This document shows positions 24,909 through 36,800 of a DNA stretch of 64,000 nucleotides, piece by piece. The DNA comes from Macrostomum hystrix (lineage: Eukaryota > Animalia > Platyhelminthes): assembly GCA_950097015.1 (NCBI GenBank), contig CATNEN010000041.1, positions 682,001 to 746,000 on the forward strand. Direction: 5' to 3'. The translations under genes were made by a program, and so were the position numbers. Within the stretch, counting starts at the first letter, position 1. Each line of letters begins with the position of its first letter. The notes beneath the pieces were generated by a model. The model searched no databases and was not told where the DNA came from. It saw only the letters and a list, made by a program, of their open reading frames with translations.

Positions 24909-27900
24909 TGTAATAAAGTCAGCGTGGCTTGCAGAGAGAGAAGTTCTTCAGAGCAGGCCAAGCCTAGCTCTCTAAATAAATAGAAGTTTATTTCTCAGCC
25001 TGACCAGGCTGACCAATCAGCCGCTACCTCTGGGCGTGCACGCGCTCCAGAGTACGCACATGCGCGAGTACATTGCGAGAGAGAGAGAGAGAGAAAAATA
25101 ACACCCTCAATCCCCTACTCTGCACTGATAGCGAAACGCAGTCACCACATCCCTCCACACGTAGACGAAAAAAGAAGCAAAAAAAAAGGAACAAAAAAAA
25201 GAAAAGAAAATGCATCCCAGCACCACGACAACAATAACAAAAAAAATCGAAGGAGCAAACACCACGCGAAAGCTGTAGAAAAAAAGTCTGTCAAGAAAAA
25301 AAAAACACATTCAGTTGTACGTCAACCTGTCCGGGCATTTTCGGCTCCTCTGTGAACGCCGCGCCTGTGGAGTCGGAGGAAGCGGCGGCTGCATGGGCGG
25401 CGTCGGCGCGGTCGGTGGCTGGGCGGGCGGCGGCGGCGGGGGCGGCAGTAGCGGCGGAACCTCTGCCTCAGCCGATTCGTAGCGCAGGTCGTCATTTATT
25501 GGCTGTTCCGTGCTTCCTGAGGTCCGTGGTTCGATGCCTGCAGAGGCTACATGGTCGGCGTGGCGGCGTACAATGCGATCATCAGGCAGCCGGCACTCGT
25601 AGGACAAAGGCGCCGTTTGACGGCTGATGCTGGCCGGCAGCCACTTCTGCTGACCCGTGAAATCCCGCACTACGACGTCGTCGCCTTCCTCGAAGGACCT
25701 CGATCTGGCGCGCCTGTCGTGTTGTAGCTTCTGTGCTTCCTGTCGCCGCGTGACCACAGCCGAGACGTCCGGACGTACCAGATCCAGCAGCGTTCGCAGA
25801 GGCCGGCCCATCATCAGCTGGCTCGGCGGAACGCCCGTCGTGCTGTGCGGAGTCACCCGGTAGGTCAGCAGGAACCTAGCGAGCCGAGTCTGCAGAGCCG
25901 CCGGCCGTCCCTTCACCAGAGCCGCCTTCACTGTTTGTACCGCGCGTTCTGCCAGGCCGTTGGACGCCGGATGATAAGGCGACACCTTGACATGCCGGAT
26001 GCCGTTGCTGCTCATGAAGCTCTCCATCTCCTGGCTCACGAAGTTGGGACCGTTGTCCGTCACCACGACCTCCGGCAGGCCCAACTGGCTGAAAGTCCGC
26101 CGGAGCCTATCGATTGTAGCGGAGCTGGTCGCGGACTGGCAGATGTGCACCTCGATCCACTTGGAATGCGCATCGACCAGAATCAGCAACATCTTGCCTT
26201 CGAACGGTCCAGCGTAGTCCATGTGGACCCTTGACCACGGTCTGTCAGGCCAGGGCCAGGGCTGCAGCGGCGCAGGAGGTGGGCTTTGCTGATGCAGTTT
26301 GCACTGCCGGCAGTGCTGCGAGAGCCGCTCGATGTCACCGTCCATTCCCGGCCACCAAAAATAGTTCCTGGCCAGCGACTTCAGCTTGGACGCTCCTAGG
26401 TGACTTTGGTGCAGACACTCGAGCAGCGCCAGGCGTCCCTGAACCGGCACCACCACTCTGGTGCCCCAAAGCAGGCAGCCGTCCTCCACGCTCAGTTCCG
26501 CAGCTCGAGAGGCAAACGGCCGCAGATCTTCGCTCCATCGCCGATCCTCCGGCCAGCCTTCTTGCACGAACCTGAGCACTCGACCGAGCAGCGGGTCTCG
26601 CCGTGTCCAGCAGCGAACTTGAGCCGCAGTCACTGGGCCCTCGTTGAACGAGTCGATCAGCAGTACCACCTCAGCCGGCGCGGGCGCATCCGCTGGCTTG
26701 GACGGCAGCGGCAACCGGCTCAGCGCATCCGCCCGCAGCAGGGTGGCGCCCTTGCGGTACTGCAGTCGATAGGAGTAGCTGGACAGCAGCAGAGCCCAGC
26801 GCTGAATCCTGGCCGATGCTAGTGGCGGAATGGCTTTGTTCTCGTGAAGCAGCCCTAGAAGCGGCTTGTGGTCACTCTTCAGCTGGAAGTTCCGGCCGTA
26901 CAGATAGGTGTGGAATCGCTTGATGCCGAAAACAACTGCCAAGGCCTCCTTCTCCGTCTGGGAGTAGTTCTTCTCCGCATCGGCCAGAGTGCGGGACGCA
27001 AACGCGATAGGCCGCTCCACGCCATCTATCAGGTGGCAGATGACCGCGCCGAGACCGTAGGGCGAGCTGTCGCATTCCAGGATGACCTCTTTCCCGGGGT
27101 CGAAGTGCACTAGAGTCTGGGAGCTCAGCAGGAGCTCCTTGCAGCGGTGAAACGCACTCTCTTGCGGGCTGTTCCATTGCCAGGCAGCGCCCTTGTCCAA
27201 GAGGCGGTGCAGCGGAGCGAGCACGCTGGACAGGTTCGGCAGGAATCGTCCATAATAATTTATGAGGCCCAGGAAGCTGCGGAGTTGGGTGACGTCCTGG
27301 GGAGCTGGCGCCTCGACGATCGCGCTGACCTTGCTTTCCAGCGGGTGGAGACCGCTGGCGTCGATTCGGTGGCCCAGGTAGCTCACGGACTCCTGCATGA
27401 ACCGGCACTTGTCAGCTCGGCACTTCAGCCCAGCATCTTGTAGGCGCTGCAAAACAGCTTCCAGGTTCTCCAGGTGCTTCGCGTCATCCGTTCCTGTCAC
27501 CAGCAGATCGTCGATAAAAGCTGCCGTGTGCGGTCTTCCTTGAAGCAAGCCGTCCATTGTCCTCTGAAACATACCGACTGCCGGTGAGATGCCGAACGGC
27601 AGCCTGGTGTATCTGAGCAACCCCTTGGAGGTGTTGATGGTGCACAGACGCTGTGATTCCGAGTCCAGGGGCAGCTGCTGATACGCCTGACTGAGGTCTA
27701 GCTTGGTGAATTTCTGGCCCCCTGTTAGCTTTGCGAACAATTCTTCAATTCTGGGCAGCGGGTAGGAGTCCGGCACAACGTCCTGGTTCACAGTGCACTT
27801 GAAATCCGCGCAGATTCTGACGGATCCATCCGCCTTGAGCACCGGCACGATAGGAGACGCGTACTCGGAGTTAGAGACAGGCTGCAGAACGCCTTGCTCG

Positions 27901-29528
27901 ATCTCCCGGTCAAGTTGCTCCTCCACCTTGGACTTCAAGGCGAACGGCACCGTCCGAGCTTTGAAAAATTTGGGCTGTGCACCTGGTTTCGTCCGCAATT
28001 TCAGTGGTTCGCCTGTGTAGCAACCGAGTCCGTCCGAAAATACTGCGCTGTACTTTTGCACCAGCTGCTCCACCTGCTGATTGCCCTGAGCCGGCAGTTC
28101 TCGCTCTCGCAACTCCTTGATGCTTCTCCAGTCCAAGGTTAGTTCAGACAGCCAGTTCCGTCCGATTAGGCTGGAGCCGCTTCCTGAGACCACCACCAGA
28201 GGCAGGAGTTTCTGTTCCTTTCCTGGAATTTCCACAGTGACGCTCAACTGTCCCAGCACGTTGACAGGTTGGCCGCCGTAGTTCCGCAGCCGAATCGTGG
28301 TCCCACCGAGCTTAGGGATACCACCGAGAAGATCCTGGTAGACTTTGGCTGAGATTAGCGACACCGCGGCGCCCGTGTCGATCTCCATCAGGCAGGACAC
28401 GCCGTTGATCCGTACCGTGGTCAAGTAGGGTGGCACCTTGGCTGCAACTCTGGGCACGGTGTTAAGGGAACTGCAGTCCTCGTCTTCTGCTTCTTGCACG
28501 GCGCCCACGCGGGGCTTGGAGTCCGCACCCGATGCTCCGGCGCCTCTACGGCAAGCAGCTGCGGTGTGCCCGAGCTTGCCGCACTTGAAGCATCCCTTCT
28601 TGATGAACGGGCACCTGTCCGCCAGATGTCGAGTCGACAAGCACCGGAAGCACTTCTGTGGGGCTCGACCGGATCCGGTCGCCTTGGCCTGGTCGACTCG
28701 ATCGACTGAAGTAGCCGCCGCTGGGCCAGCCGCCTCCTGTGAGCTCCTGACGACCGTGCAGCCTTTTTCCGCCAGCTCCACCGCTTGAGCGATCTTCAGC
28801 GCCTTCTCGAGATCCAGCCCCGGCTCCGACAGCAGTCTGCGCTGGATCCGATCGTCCTGGATGCCGAGCACCAGCCGATCCCTGAGCATCGACTGCAAGC
28901 TGTTTCCGAACTTGCAATCCGTGGCCAGACGCCGCAAACTGGCCAGGAAATCCGCCACTGACTCGGTGCTGGCCCTCACGCGCTGATAGAAATGAAAACG
29001 CTCCACAATTTCAGAAGGCTCCGGCTTCCAGTGCTCCTTTAGCTTTTGGCAAATGTTTGCGTAGCTCGTCTCCGATGGCTTTTCCGGGGCCAGCAGGCTG
29101 CAAATCAGCTTGAATGTCTCCTTGCCACAGACACTGAGGAAGACAGCTCGCTTTTTGTCTTCGGACTCTATGTCGCTTGCAATGAAAACTTGCTCCACTC
29201 TTTCCTTGTACTGCAGCCAGTCCTCATTTTCAGGCTCAAATGGACCGATGCTACACAGTAGGCCAGTGGCCATTAGTCACCTCGTTGCCACTGTAATAAA
29301 GTCAGCGTGGCTTGCAGAGAGAGAAGTTCTTCAGAGCAGGCCAAGCCTAGCTCTCTAAATAAATATAAGTTTATTTCTCAGCCTGACCAGGCTGACCAAT
29401 CAGCCGCTACCTCTGGGCGTGCACGCGCTCCAGAGTACGCACATGCGCGAGTACATTGCGAGAGAGAGAGAGAAAAATAACACCCTCAATCCCCTACTCT
29501 GCACTGATAGCGAAACGCAGTCACCACA
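24909..29528 (-). mobile_element. Full-length Ty3/Gypsy LTR retrotransposon, Mag-like, 4,620 bp
   Basis: LTRs at 24909-25149 (241 bp) and 29292-29528 (237 bp), both TG...CA. 5-bp target-site duplication GACAC at 24904-24908 and 29529-29533. PBS TGGCAACGAGGT (minus, 29290-29279). Short purine tract GGAGGGA next to the 3' LTR. One uninterrupted gag-pol ORF. Confidence 0.97.
25311..29273 (-). CDS. Gag-Pol polyprotein (1,320 aa): Gag with two CCHC knuckles, aspartic protease, RT, RNase H, integrase
   Basis: CFRCLSTRHLADRC and CFKCGKLGHTAAAC knuckles; EIDTGA protease; KLDLSQAYQQL, RLPFG and FIDDLLV in RT; CDSSPYGLGAV and YSQTEKEALA in RNase H; HQSHLG..C..C, MDYAGP, TDNG and LAERAV in integrase. 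Domain order PR-RT-RH-IN indicates Ty3/Gypsy. Confidence 0.96.
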   Translation of the reverse strand: MATGLLCSIGPFEPENEDWLQYKERVEQVFIASDIESEDKKRAVFLSVCGKETFKLICSLLAPEKPSETSYANICQKLKEHWKPEPSEIVERFHFYQRVRASTESVADFLASLRRLATDCKFGNSLQSMLRDRLVLGIQDDRIQRRLLSEPGLDLEKALKIAQAVELAEKGCTVVRSSQEAAGPAAATSVDRVDQAKATGSGRAPQKCFRCLSTRHLADRCPFIKKGCFKCGKLGHTAAACRRGAGASGADSKPRVGAVQEAEDEDCSSLNTVPRVAAKVPPYLTTVRINGVSCLMEIDTGAAVSLISAKVYQDLLGGIPKLGGTTIRLRNYGGQPVNVLGQLSVTVEIPGKEQKLLPLVVVSGSGSSLIGRNWLSELTLDWRSIKELRERELPAQGNQQVEQLVQKYSAVFSDGLGCYTGEPLKLRTKPGAQPKFFKARTVPFALKSKVEEQLDREIEQGVLQPVSNSEYASPIVPVLKADGSVRICADFKCTVNQDVVPDSYPLPRIEELFAKLTGGQKFTKLDLSQAYQQLPLDSESQRLCTINTSKGLLRYTRLPFGISPAVGMFQRTMDGLLQGRPHTAAFIDDLLVTGTDDAKHLENLEAVLQRLQDAGLKCRADKCRFMQESVSYLGHRIDASGLHPLESKVSAIVEAPAPQDVTQLRSFLGLINYYGRFLPNLSSVLAPLHRLLDKGAAWQWNSPQESAFHRCKELLLSSQTLVHFDPGKEVILECDSSPYGLGAVICHLIDGVERPIAFASRTLADAEKNYSQTEKEALAVVFGIKRFHTYLYGRNFQLKSDHKPLLGLLHENKAIPPLASARIQRWALLLSSYSYRLQYRKGATLLRADALSRLPLPSKPADAPAPAEVVLLIDSFNEGPVTAAQVRCWTRRDPLLGRVLRFVQEGWPEDRRWSEDLRPFASRAAELSVEDGCLLWGTRVVVPVQGRLALLECLHQSHLGASKLKSLARNYFWWPGMDGDIERLSQHCRQCKLHQQSPPPAPLQPWPWPDRPWSRVHMDYAGPFEGKMLLILVDAHSKWIEVHICQSATSSATIDRLRRTFSQLGLPEVVVTDNGPNFVSQEMESFMSSNGIRHVKVSPYHPASNGLAERAVQTVKAALVKGRPAALQTRLARFLLTYRVTPHSTTGVPPSQLMMGRPLRTLLDLVRPDVSAVVTRRQEAQKLQHDRRARSRSFEEGDDVVVRDFTGQQKWLPASISRQTAPLSYECRLPDDRIVRRHADHVASAGIEPRTSGSTEQPINDDLRYESAEAEVPPLLPPPPPPPAQPPTAPTPPMQPPLPPTPQARRSQRSRKCPDRLTYN

Positions 29529-30899
29529 GACACCATAACGTAAAGCCGGAAGTGTTATCTGCGTATATTAGCCTAATGGGAATGCAAATAATATCTAAAA
29601 CACGCAACGAAATAATATATATAATATTGATATACATACACATCTTAGTTTTACAAGGACATCTACTGGATTCAATTTGTATATCAAAAGTAAAGAAAGA
29701 TAATATAAAACGATGACCATGAACAATGGTCTATGAATGGTCTATGAATTTTGACCATGAACAAAATCAAACTATAGTTTCCGAGAATAGCGACAACAGC
29801 AGTATTGAACGATAATACTCTAGTGTGAATTATTATACACTAGTGACTCGAGTAACGTATATGCATATATATCTTCTTACGCAGTCCTCGACTAGCAGAC
29901 GTAGTGTAGTATTTTTTCAGTCTTGTAATTTCACTATCGCACAATAATACCTATAGCCCAATACCTATAGCGCAAAGGTCTCGCGCAACAATGCTATGAT
30001 CAAAAGTCCTAAAAAGTTCCTAGCAGATACATTTACTTTTGAATAGTATTTGCTTAAAAAATTATTAAAATCAGAAAAAAAGTTACATAATATTGCGTTA
30101 TTTTTTTCGTTCTTCTATCATGGTTGAGGAAGTACAAAACAATATTTTGTCTCCGAAAAGTCGAAACCCGGAAAAAATTAGACATGCTAAATTCTAAAAA
30201 AAAATGTGAAATTAACCCTTTGATTTTAAGTTAGGGCTTTTAATTATTTTAATTTTTTATAAGCAACGAAATCATTTAAAGCCATTTGTTAATATGCTAC
30301 AAAATACCACGATAACTTTCTGAAATCACAAATTCTTCGAAACCTGGTTGTTCAACGTGACGGCACGGCTCGGGAGAGCATGCTTCTCCTGATGTACCAG
30401 CACTCAATTTAAATTTTTGCGCTGAGTTTTAAGAAGTTGCTTAGCTAAAGTAGGCACAGAACAATATGAGCTCATTACCGATGCGAAAACTGACGAGGTA
30501 AATGAAAATATTTTTTACTAGAAATGTGTTACTATTTTTTCACTTTAAATTGGTTGTCAATAAAATTAGTTATTTGATAATAAAAAAATGATGCGCTTTG
30601 TGGCAAAATGTTTAAAGTAAAAGAAATACAATTTATTTTTCAAAAAATTGAGCAAAGTCAAGTAAGTTTTGTAATTTGAGCTGGATTTAATGGTGCATTT
30701 TTATACGTAAAATCGCGTTGTTGAGTTTTTAGAATGTATACATATAGATGTATGCAAACTTGTTTAATAAAATATATTAAAAGTCATCTGCCGATGCATT
30801 AATATATGTACTCGTATTATCCTTAGGCTCGTTTGCAGCCTTTTTTAACCAAAATAAAAAACCGTGAATTTTTCAAAAAAAACGAAAACAGGTGAAGCA

Positions 30900-33800
30900 A
30901 TGCACTATGCTGCTTTGCTGCTGCTGCTGCAGCTTCTGCAAGAACACCATGGAAACTCCGCCGCTGAGCTTCGTTTTACTAGCCCAGTCTATTCGGCCAT
31001 CGCATTTGTGAACACACAGGACGTGAACCTCGATTTCATGACTCAGCCTCTTCTGCTGCTGCTGCAGGACGGACCGATTCGACTTGAGGCCGAAGCTCCA
31101 GCCAGTGGGGTCAACTTCGCAATCGATGACTCACATCTGGCCAGCCAGTTTCTTATCGACTCAGTTGAAGTTGGCGGTTTGGTTTTTGCGCGAGTCCGAC
31201 ATCAGATTGTCGCGATGAATGTCAGCTGCAGTCAGATCAGGCTGCCAATCGTAGCTTGGACTGCTGGGAAAATGCGTCCAGCTCAGCGAAATGCGACATG
31301 CCAAGTTCAGGTGACACTGCTGCAGTCGCCCCGGCTGCCGCCTTGTCCGTGTCTCCAGGCCGATGCGTTTAGCTTCACATTGCCGGTGGATGCAGACGCC
31401 AACTCATCAGACAGACCGATCCTTGTTGGCATTGTGCGGGTGGACAACATTATTCTGGATCCGTCAGCCACCAACTACCTCAGTAGCCTAAGGGCGTTCC
31501 ACTTGGAGCTCAGGGACAACTCAAAACAACCACCGCCTCACTGGTTGGCTCTAGAGTCGCACACTGGGGCCCTGCTTCTGACTGGCCGGCCACAACCTGG
31601 CCGCTTTCGTCTGCTTGTCGAGCTGCGTCGGCAAAGTCGTGACTGTAGACCTCGGAAAACTGACATCCAGTCGGCCTCGGTCATCGTTCACGTCCCTTTT
31701 CCAAATGAACCCGTCGCATCGGAAGCGCCTGATTTTGACGTCGTCCAGCCAAGTCGCATTGACGACTGGGGCCACGCTGGCGCAGTCTATGCCCGGCTGC
31801 TGCCACGACGGCCGGTCGCCATCTTCTGCGTCCAACTTGCCTGGCCGGCAGCCGCGGTTTTTAACGCTGCCCCAGTAAGAAGAGGCGACGGCGAGATCGA
31901 GGTGACTCTGGCACGGGACCTGGTTCCTACCGACGGCCCCCTGATGGTCCAGTTGCTCATTTTTGTTAATTCATCTAGAAATTACCATCGACGGTCTAAA
32001 AAACGCGAAATGCAGTTCCGGCTGGACCCAACTGACCCGCGGCTGCAGTCTTCACGCGAGCTGCCGAAATCAGCAGCCAAGGCGGCCCAAGGTGCTACGA
32101 ACCTTAAAATAATTCAACCCATTGGCCCAGGTAACCAGTTCGATCCGGTTGTTCGCAACAATCGCACAACTGTCGTGCTCACTGAGGCCGCCGAAGTCGG
32201 TGACCTAGTATTCTTGGTAGACGCCGTTGATCCTGACGGTGACTCTGTCGTTGTAGTCATGGAAACAGAGGATGATACATTGCAGCCGTTTCGCTTAGAC
32301 GGCAATCGTTTGTTGCTTAGTCGACGCCTTGACAGCGAGACTCAGGCCTCCGAGTTCACACTGCGGCTGCGCGTAATCGACGACGGTCGGCCGTTTCCGC
32401 GAGAGTCGCTGGCCGTCTACACCGTAGTCGTGGCACCAGTGAACGAATTCGCTCCACGCTTTGAATTCCCGTCCTGCGCATTTCGCGTTATCCTTGGCGC
32501 TGGAGGCTTCAGCACGGGACGTTTGGACGCTTTTGACCTGGACGTCCCTCCGGGCCAGATTACCTACCGAGTTCAGAACGACGCCACGCGAGGCTGCTTC
32601 GCCTTGGCGTCACCGTTGGGTTCCGGCGAGCTTCGGCTCGCCTGCCGACTGGAGAGCCATTTTCCGGCAGCGTTTGGCACAGCACCCGGACAGCTGCTGG
32701 CGCCATTGACGCTGAGCCTCTCGTTGGTGGCGCGTGACCAAGGCGGCCTGGAGTCAGCGCCACTACTCGTCACCTTCCACATCGTTGGCGCCGACAGCGA
32801 AGTCTTCGGTGACAGAGGCGACGGTGTTCATCTTCAACGAAGCTGCCAGCCGAGTGGGCTCGGTGAGTCGGACGCAGTGTCGGCCGTGTCAGATGCCAAT
32901 CAGCGAGCGCGCATCGACCATCGAAGGGCCCTGGCGCAGCTGGAGGCCGCGCAAATGTCCGAGCTGTTTCCTAGCAACGGGGGATTCGCGATGCCGAACA
33001 GAAAGCCGCGACTGTCGTGGATCGCCGATGGTAGAGTGGGCGGTTCGAGCTCCGCAGACTCGATTGTGACGCTGACTGTGTCAGAGGACGCTCCACCGGG
33101 GACTCCCGTGGCCACCCTGGCAGCTGAGGATCTAGATCCGGGCGACTGGTAAGCTCTGTGGAGTTGCAGGGAACGCTTTTTTGAGTTTAGAGAAGCCCAA
33201 AAAACAAAGTTACGCAAGAGTGGTCACTCTCACTCACAGCTCAGTTCCACATTAATTGGGCGCGCAGCCGCGGAGAGAAGGCTTGGGGGCTTGTCGTGTA
33301 ATTTTCGCCCCTGAGGGCCAACCTCCAAGGCACAGTGAGAGTGCAAACTGCTTGACGATGAGAAATTCACGGCAGATGTACACACCTGTGTGAGCGTGTG
33401 CCTGCGTGCGGTATCAGTGTGCGTGTGCGCTCAGGAGTCGGTGAAATTGGCAGAATTGCCTCCTCGCTGGCTGCGGATCTTGTGTCACCAAACGGTGTGC
33501 CATTGCCTGGAGTCGTCTGGCTTATCTCTTCTATTTTTTTTCACTAATTTTTACGTTCCGCAGGTACGACGGCCACCTTCGCGCTGTCGTGCAGGAGTTC
33601 CAAACCACCCAAGGAAGCCACTTCAGTGCTAGTGTCGTGGAGCTCGGCTCACGAAAATCTCGCTACGTCCGCCTTTCGACATCGGCGCCTCTCGACAGAG
33701 AGCTGTGGGCGGAGCACCGGCTCCTACTGAGCGTCTGTGACTGTGGCAGGCCGCCTCTCTGCTCCGAACCTCCACTGCGGGCAGTCATCCGCGTGCTGGA

Positions 33801-36800
33801 CGTCAACGACAACGCTCCAGCCTTTGAAGAGGCCCATGCGGCCGCGTCTGTTTCGCTGCCTGAGGATGTGGAGCCAGGAACTGATGTTTATGTCCTGAAG
33901 GCCACCGACCTGGACCTCGGTCAGAATGGCACTTTTAGGTGCGCTTCATGCCTTGATGCCTCACCATCTAAAGTTCTCCCACAGAAACCAGAGTCCTGCA
34001 CCATCGAGTAACTATGTCTCCAATTCGTAAATAATTCGTCGCACCCGTACAAACAAGCAGGTACCGATTCGCTTCCGCCTCTCCTGAAGTCCCGTTTGAG
34101 TTGGACGCTGCCACAGGGCGGCTGAGAGTTGGCACTGCCGGTCTTCGAAGCTCAACTCGAGTAGGTGCCGCCGCACGCCGTTCGTTCGAGCTGACGCTGC
34201 TGGCGGAGGACGGTGGTCGGCCATCGCTCACCGGACGGCTCAGCCTTCGCGTCGAAGTCGAGGACGTCAACGATCATAAGCCGCAGTTTCAAACGACTAA
34301 CCGCGGCCAGCCTGGCCAGCTGACGCTGATCATCCCGGAGCTACTGCCGGCCGGCTCGGTGCTGACAACCCTGGTTGCCACGGACGCTGACCATGGCGAC
34401 AATGGCCGAGTGTCCTACCGGTTGCGCGGTCTGCCATCAGCACTGGAAACTTTCAGCGTTGATCGGCGCAGCGGCTGCCTGCGGCTTCGGCGCCAGCTGT
34501 CGGTGTCGGCCTCACCCTACCGCCTGTTCGCGGTGGCCACGGATCACGGACGTCCGAGTGCGCATGAGTCGGTGCTCTACCTGCTGATTGTGGTGGTGAG
34601 CGGCAGCGAGTTGACCGGCAAGCCGATGGTTTCCATTCTGCAGTTTCCAAAGCCAGCATACGCCTTTGAGGTTGCCGAGGGACACCAAGCCGGGCGGCTG
34701 GTCGGGCGAGTGGCGGTCGTTGGCGAGGTGCTCGCCGGTGGCGTCGGCTACGAGATCTTGGGTGGCAGTAGGCTTTTTGCCATAGACAAAAATGGTAAGA
34801 CCGGGGCAGAAATCTAGGAATCAACTGCTTTATTTTAATTTTTTCAGCGAGAGAACCCGTCCAAGCTAGTGGAAAAAAGCAGACTGAGAAGTCTACCCAA
34901 GCAGACTAGGCAAATTGATGCCCCACTGCCGCTGCACCTGATCAGGCACTCCATTCTCTCACCAATCCTGCTTGGGTAGAAAAAGTGCCAGCCGAGATGC
35001 AGCGGAAGTGAGTCGCTTGAGCCCTGGGGATGCCGGTTGAGGCGGCTGATGGGACAAGTTCCCTGCCCTGGACCCCACAATCTTTTTTCCGACTGTTTGC
35101 ATCTAAGCGTGGGAAGTCGTCGAGACAGGCTCTTTGGGACTGGGGACACGGCGAAGAAGATGTCGAGAACGATACACCGAAAAAAGTCCGACCCCGCTGC
35201 CAGGCGCGGTGAGTCACGCAGCTTCCGCTGCGGCGGCACGCGGGCCTCCCTCGGGTGCGGGGCGGACTCAGCAGGTCGCCCCTCTGATTCCCAGCGCCTG
35301 CCCTCCGTATCCACATTTTCGTCCCCAGGCCCAGCTCAGCCAACTCAAAGAACTGCCAGGAGGAGGGGCGGCAGGGTGGCGGGCGCACTTCTTTCCGCAG
35401 CATCCGCGTTAGAAGTTGGCAGGCTGGAGCTGCTTGGACTTTTACTCTCCCCTCTCCTCGCTGCCTTGTTGCCGCTGGCTTCTCCAGACATTGCCGTCTT
35501 CATTCAAGTCAGCAGAGAGGCGGCGATGCTCCGTTTCAGTCCACTGGAGCCTGTGGGCAATCGAGCTCCATCCTGAAGACCTGCCAATAATCCCTATCGG
35601 CAATTGTCTGTGAGCCTCTGGCATCCCAGGTGGGCGGGGGCAATTGCCGGCTGATCCCGGCGCCCGGAGCAAACTGCAGAGCACTAAGGATCCGCCAGAT
35701 CGATATCCCTTTCTTGGCACCTGAGATTCTCCTTTGTCTCTGTTAGTTAAGTCTCTTATTGCTGTTGTAATTCCCTAAGGGGAAGCGAATATTGGCGTGC
35801 CGGAGACTTGCTGCTCACGCAAAGTGGACTGCAATCAATAAGAAATGGTTAGCTCAAGCTCAGGAAGATAAAAAAGGGTAGTAGCCTGATGGACTTAATA
35901 GAAGCCTAACTGGCGGAGGGTAGTGTATGTGTGAGTGTGTTTGTGTGCCTGCATTAGCTGTCTGATTCTTGACTCCATGTCCCCATTCCAGGAGAGATTC
36001 GAACCCTGGCCGCCCTGGACCGTGAGCGCCATACCGCCGGCGTCTGGTTGACGGTGGCGGTGGCCTCGGGACCCCCGAAAGCGACCTGCGAGGTTCACGT
36101 GACGATCTTGGATGTCAACGATTGCCGGCCGGTGGCATCCGACCGCGCTCACTACCGACTACAGCTAGCGGAGGGCGCACCTGCCGGAATCGAACTTCTG
36201 ACCACAATACCAGTTGAAGACTGCGACTCTTGGCCGGAGAATGGCCGAGTGAGATTCGAGATCACGGCCGGCAACGAGGCCGGGCACTTCAACATGGACC
36301 GTCGCACCGGTGAGTGAAGTCTGGCCGCTCGGCTAAAATGGTTGTAAATCACGGCAAAGTACAGCATTGTAACGGGCAACTTGGCGGCAGCTTTCCTCAT
36401 TCGCCTCAAGTCTCCCAGCTGACAAAGACCCAAAGCTCCCAAATAGATGGATGCGAAAATCAAGGCCTTTTTCTCCCCTGCGAAGGGAGGCCAGCACGGT
36501 TGACTGGGAGCCGGTGGCAGGATGGAACAAGGGATCTTTCGCATGCCCGGGCGAGAGTAGAAGGCCGGATCAAGGGATCGGTGGGTTTGAGGATAACGAA
36601 CCTTTTTTATCCCCTTTGACTTTTCCTTCCTCGCGCCTGTGTGCTCCCTGAGTCCGAGCGGCCCCCGCCCCAGAGTAAAATCTGGGAATAAGGACGCGGT
36701 GAACATTCGGGATCTGGCCTGCAGACTTGCAGTTTCCTCCAGTTGGCATGAAGAATCACGGCTCCACCGCGGAGTCACAAAGGGGAAGATTTACTGCAGA

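Noticed and set aside
25352-29358. Plus-strand and alternative-frame ORFs overlapping the retrotransposon
   Set aside because: Shadow ORFs of a GC-rich gag-pol gene with no recognisable motifs.
29498-29524. CTGATAGCGAAACGCAGTC at the LTR end (also about 25125-25143), superficially hammerhead-like
   Set aside because: The core is CUGAUAG rather than CUGANGA, stem II is missing, and the flanks do not form stem I.
35880-35910. A-box-like TAGCCTGATGG
   Set aside because: No B-box downstream; probably chance.
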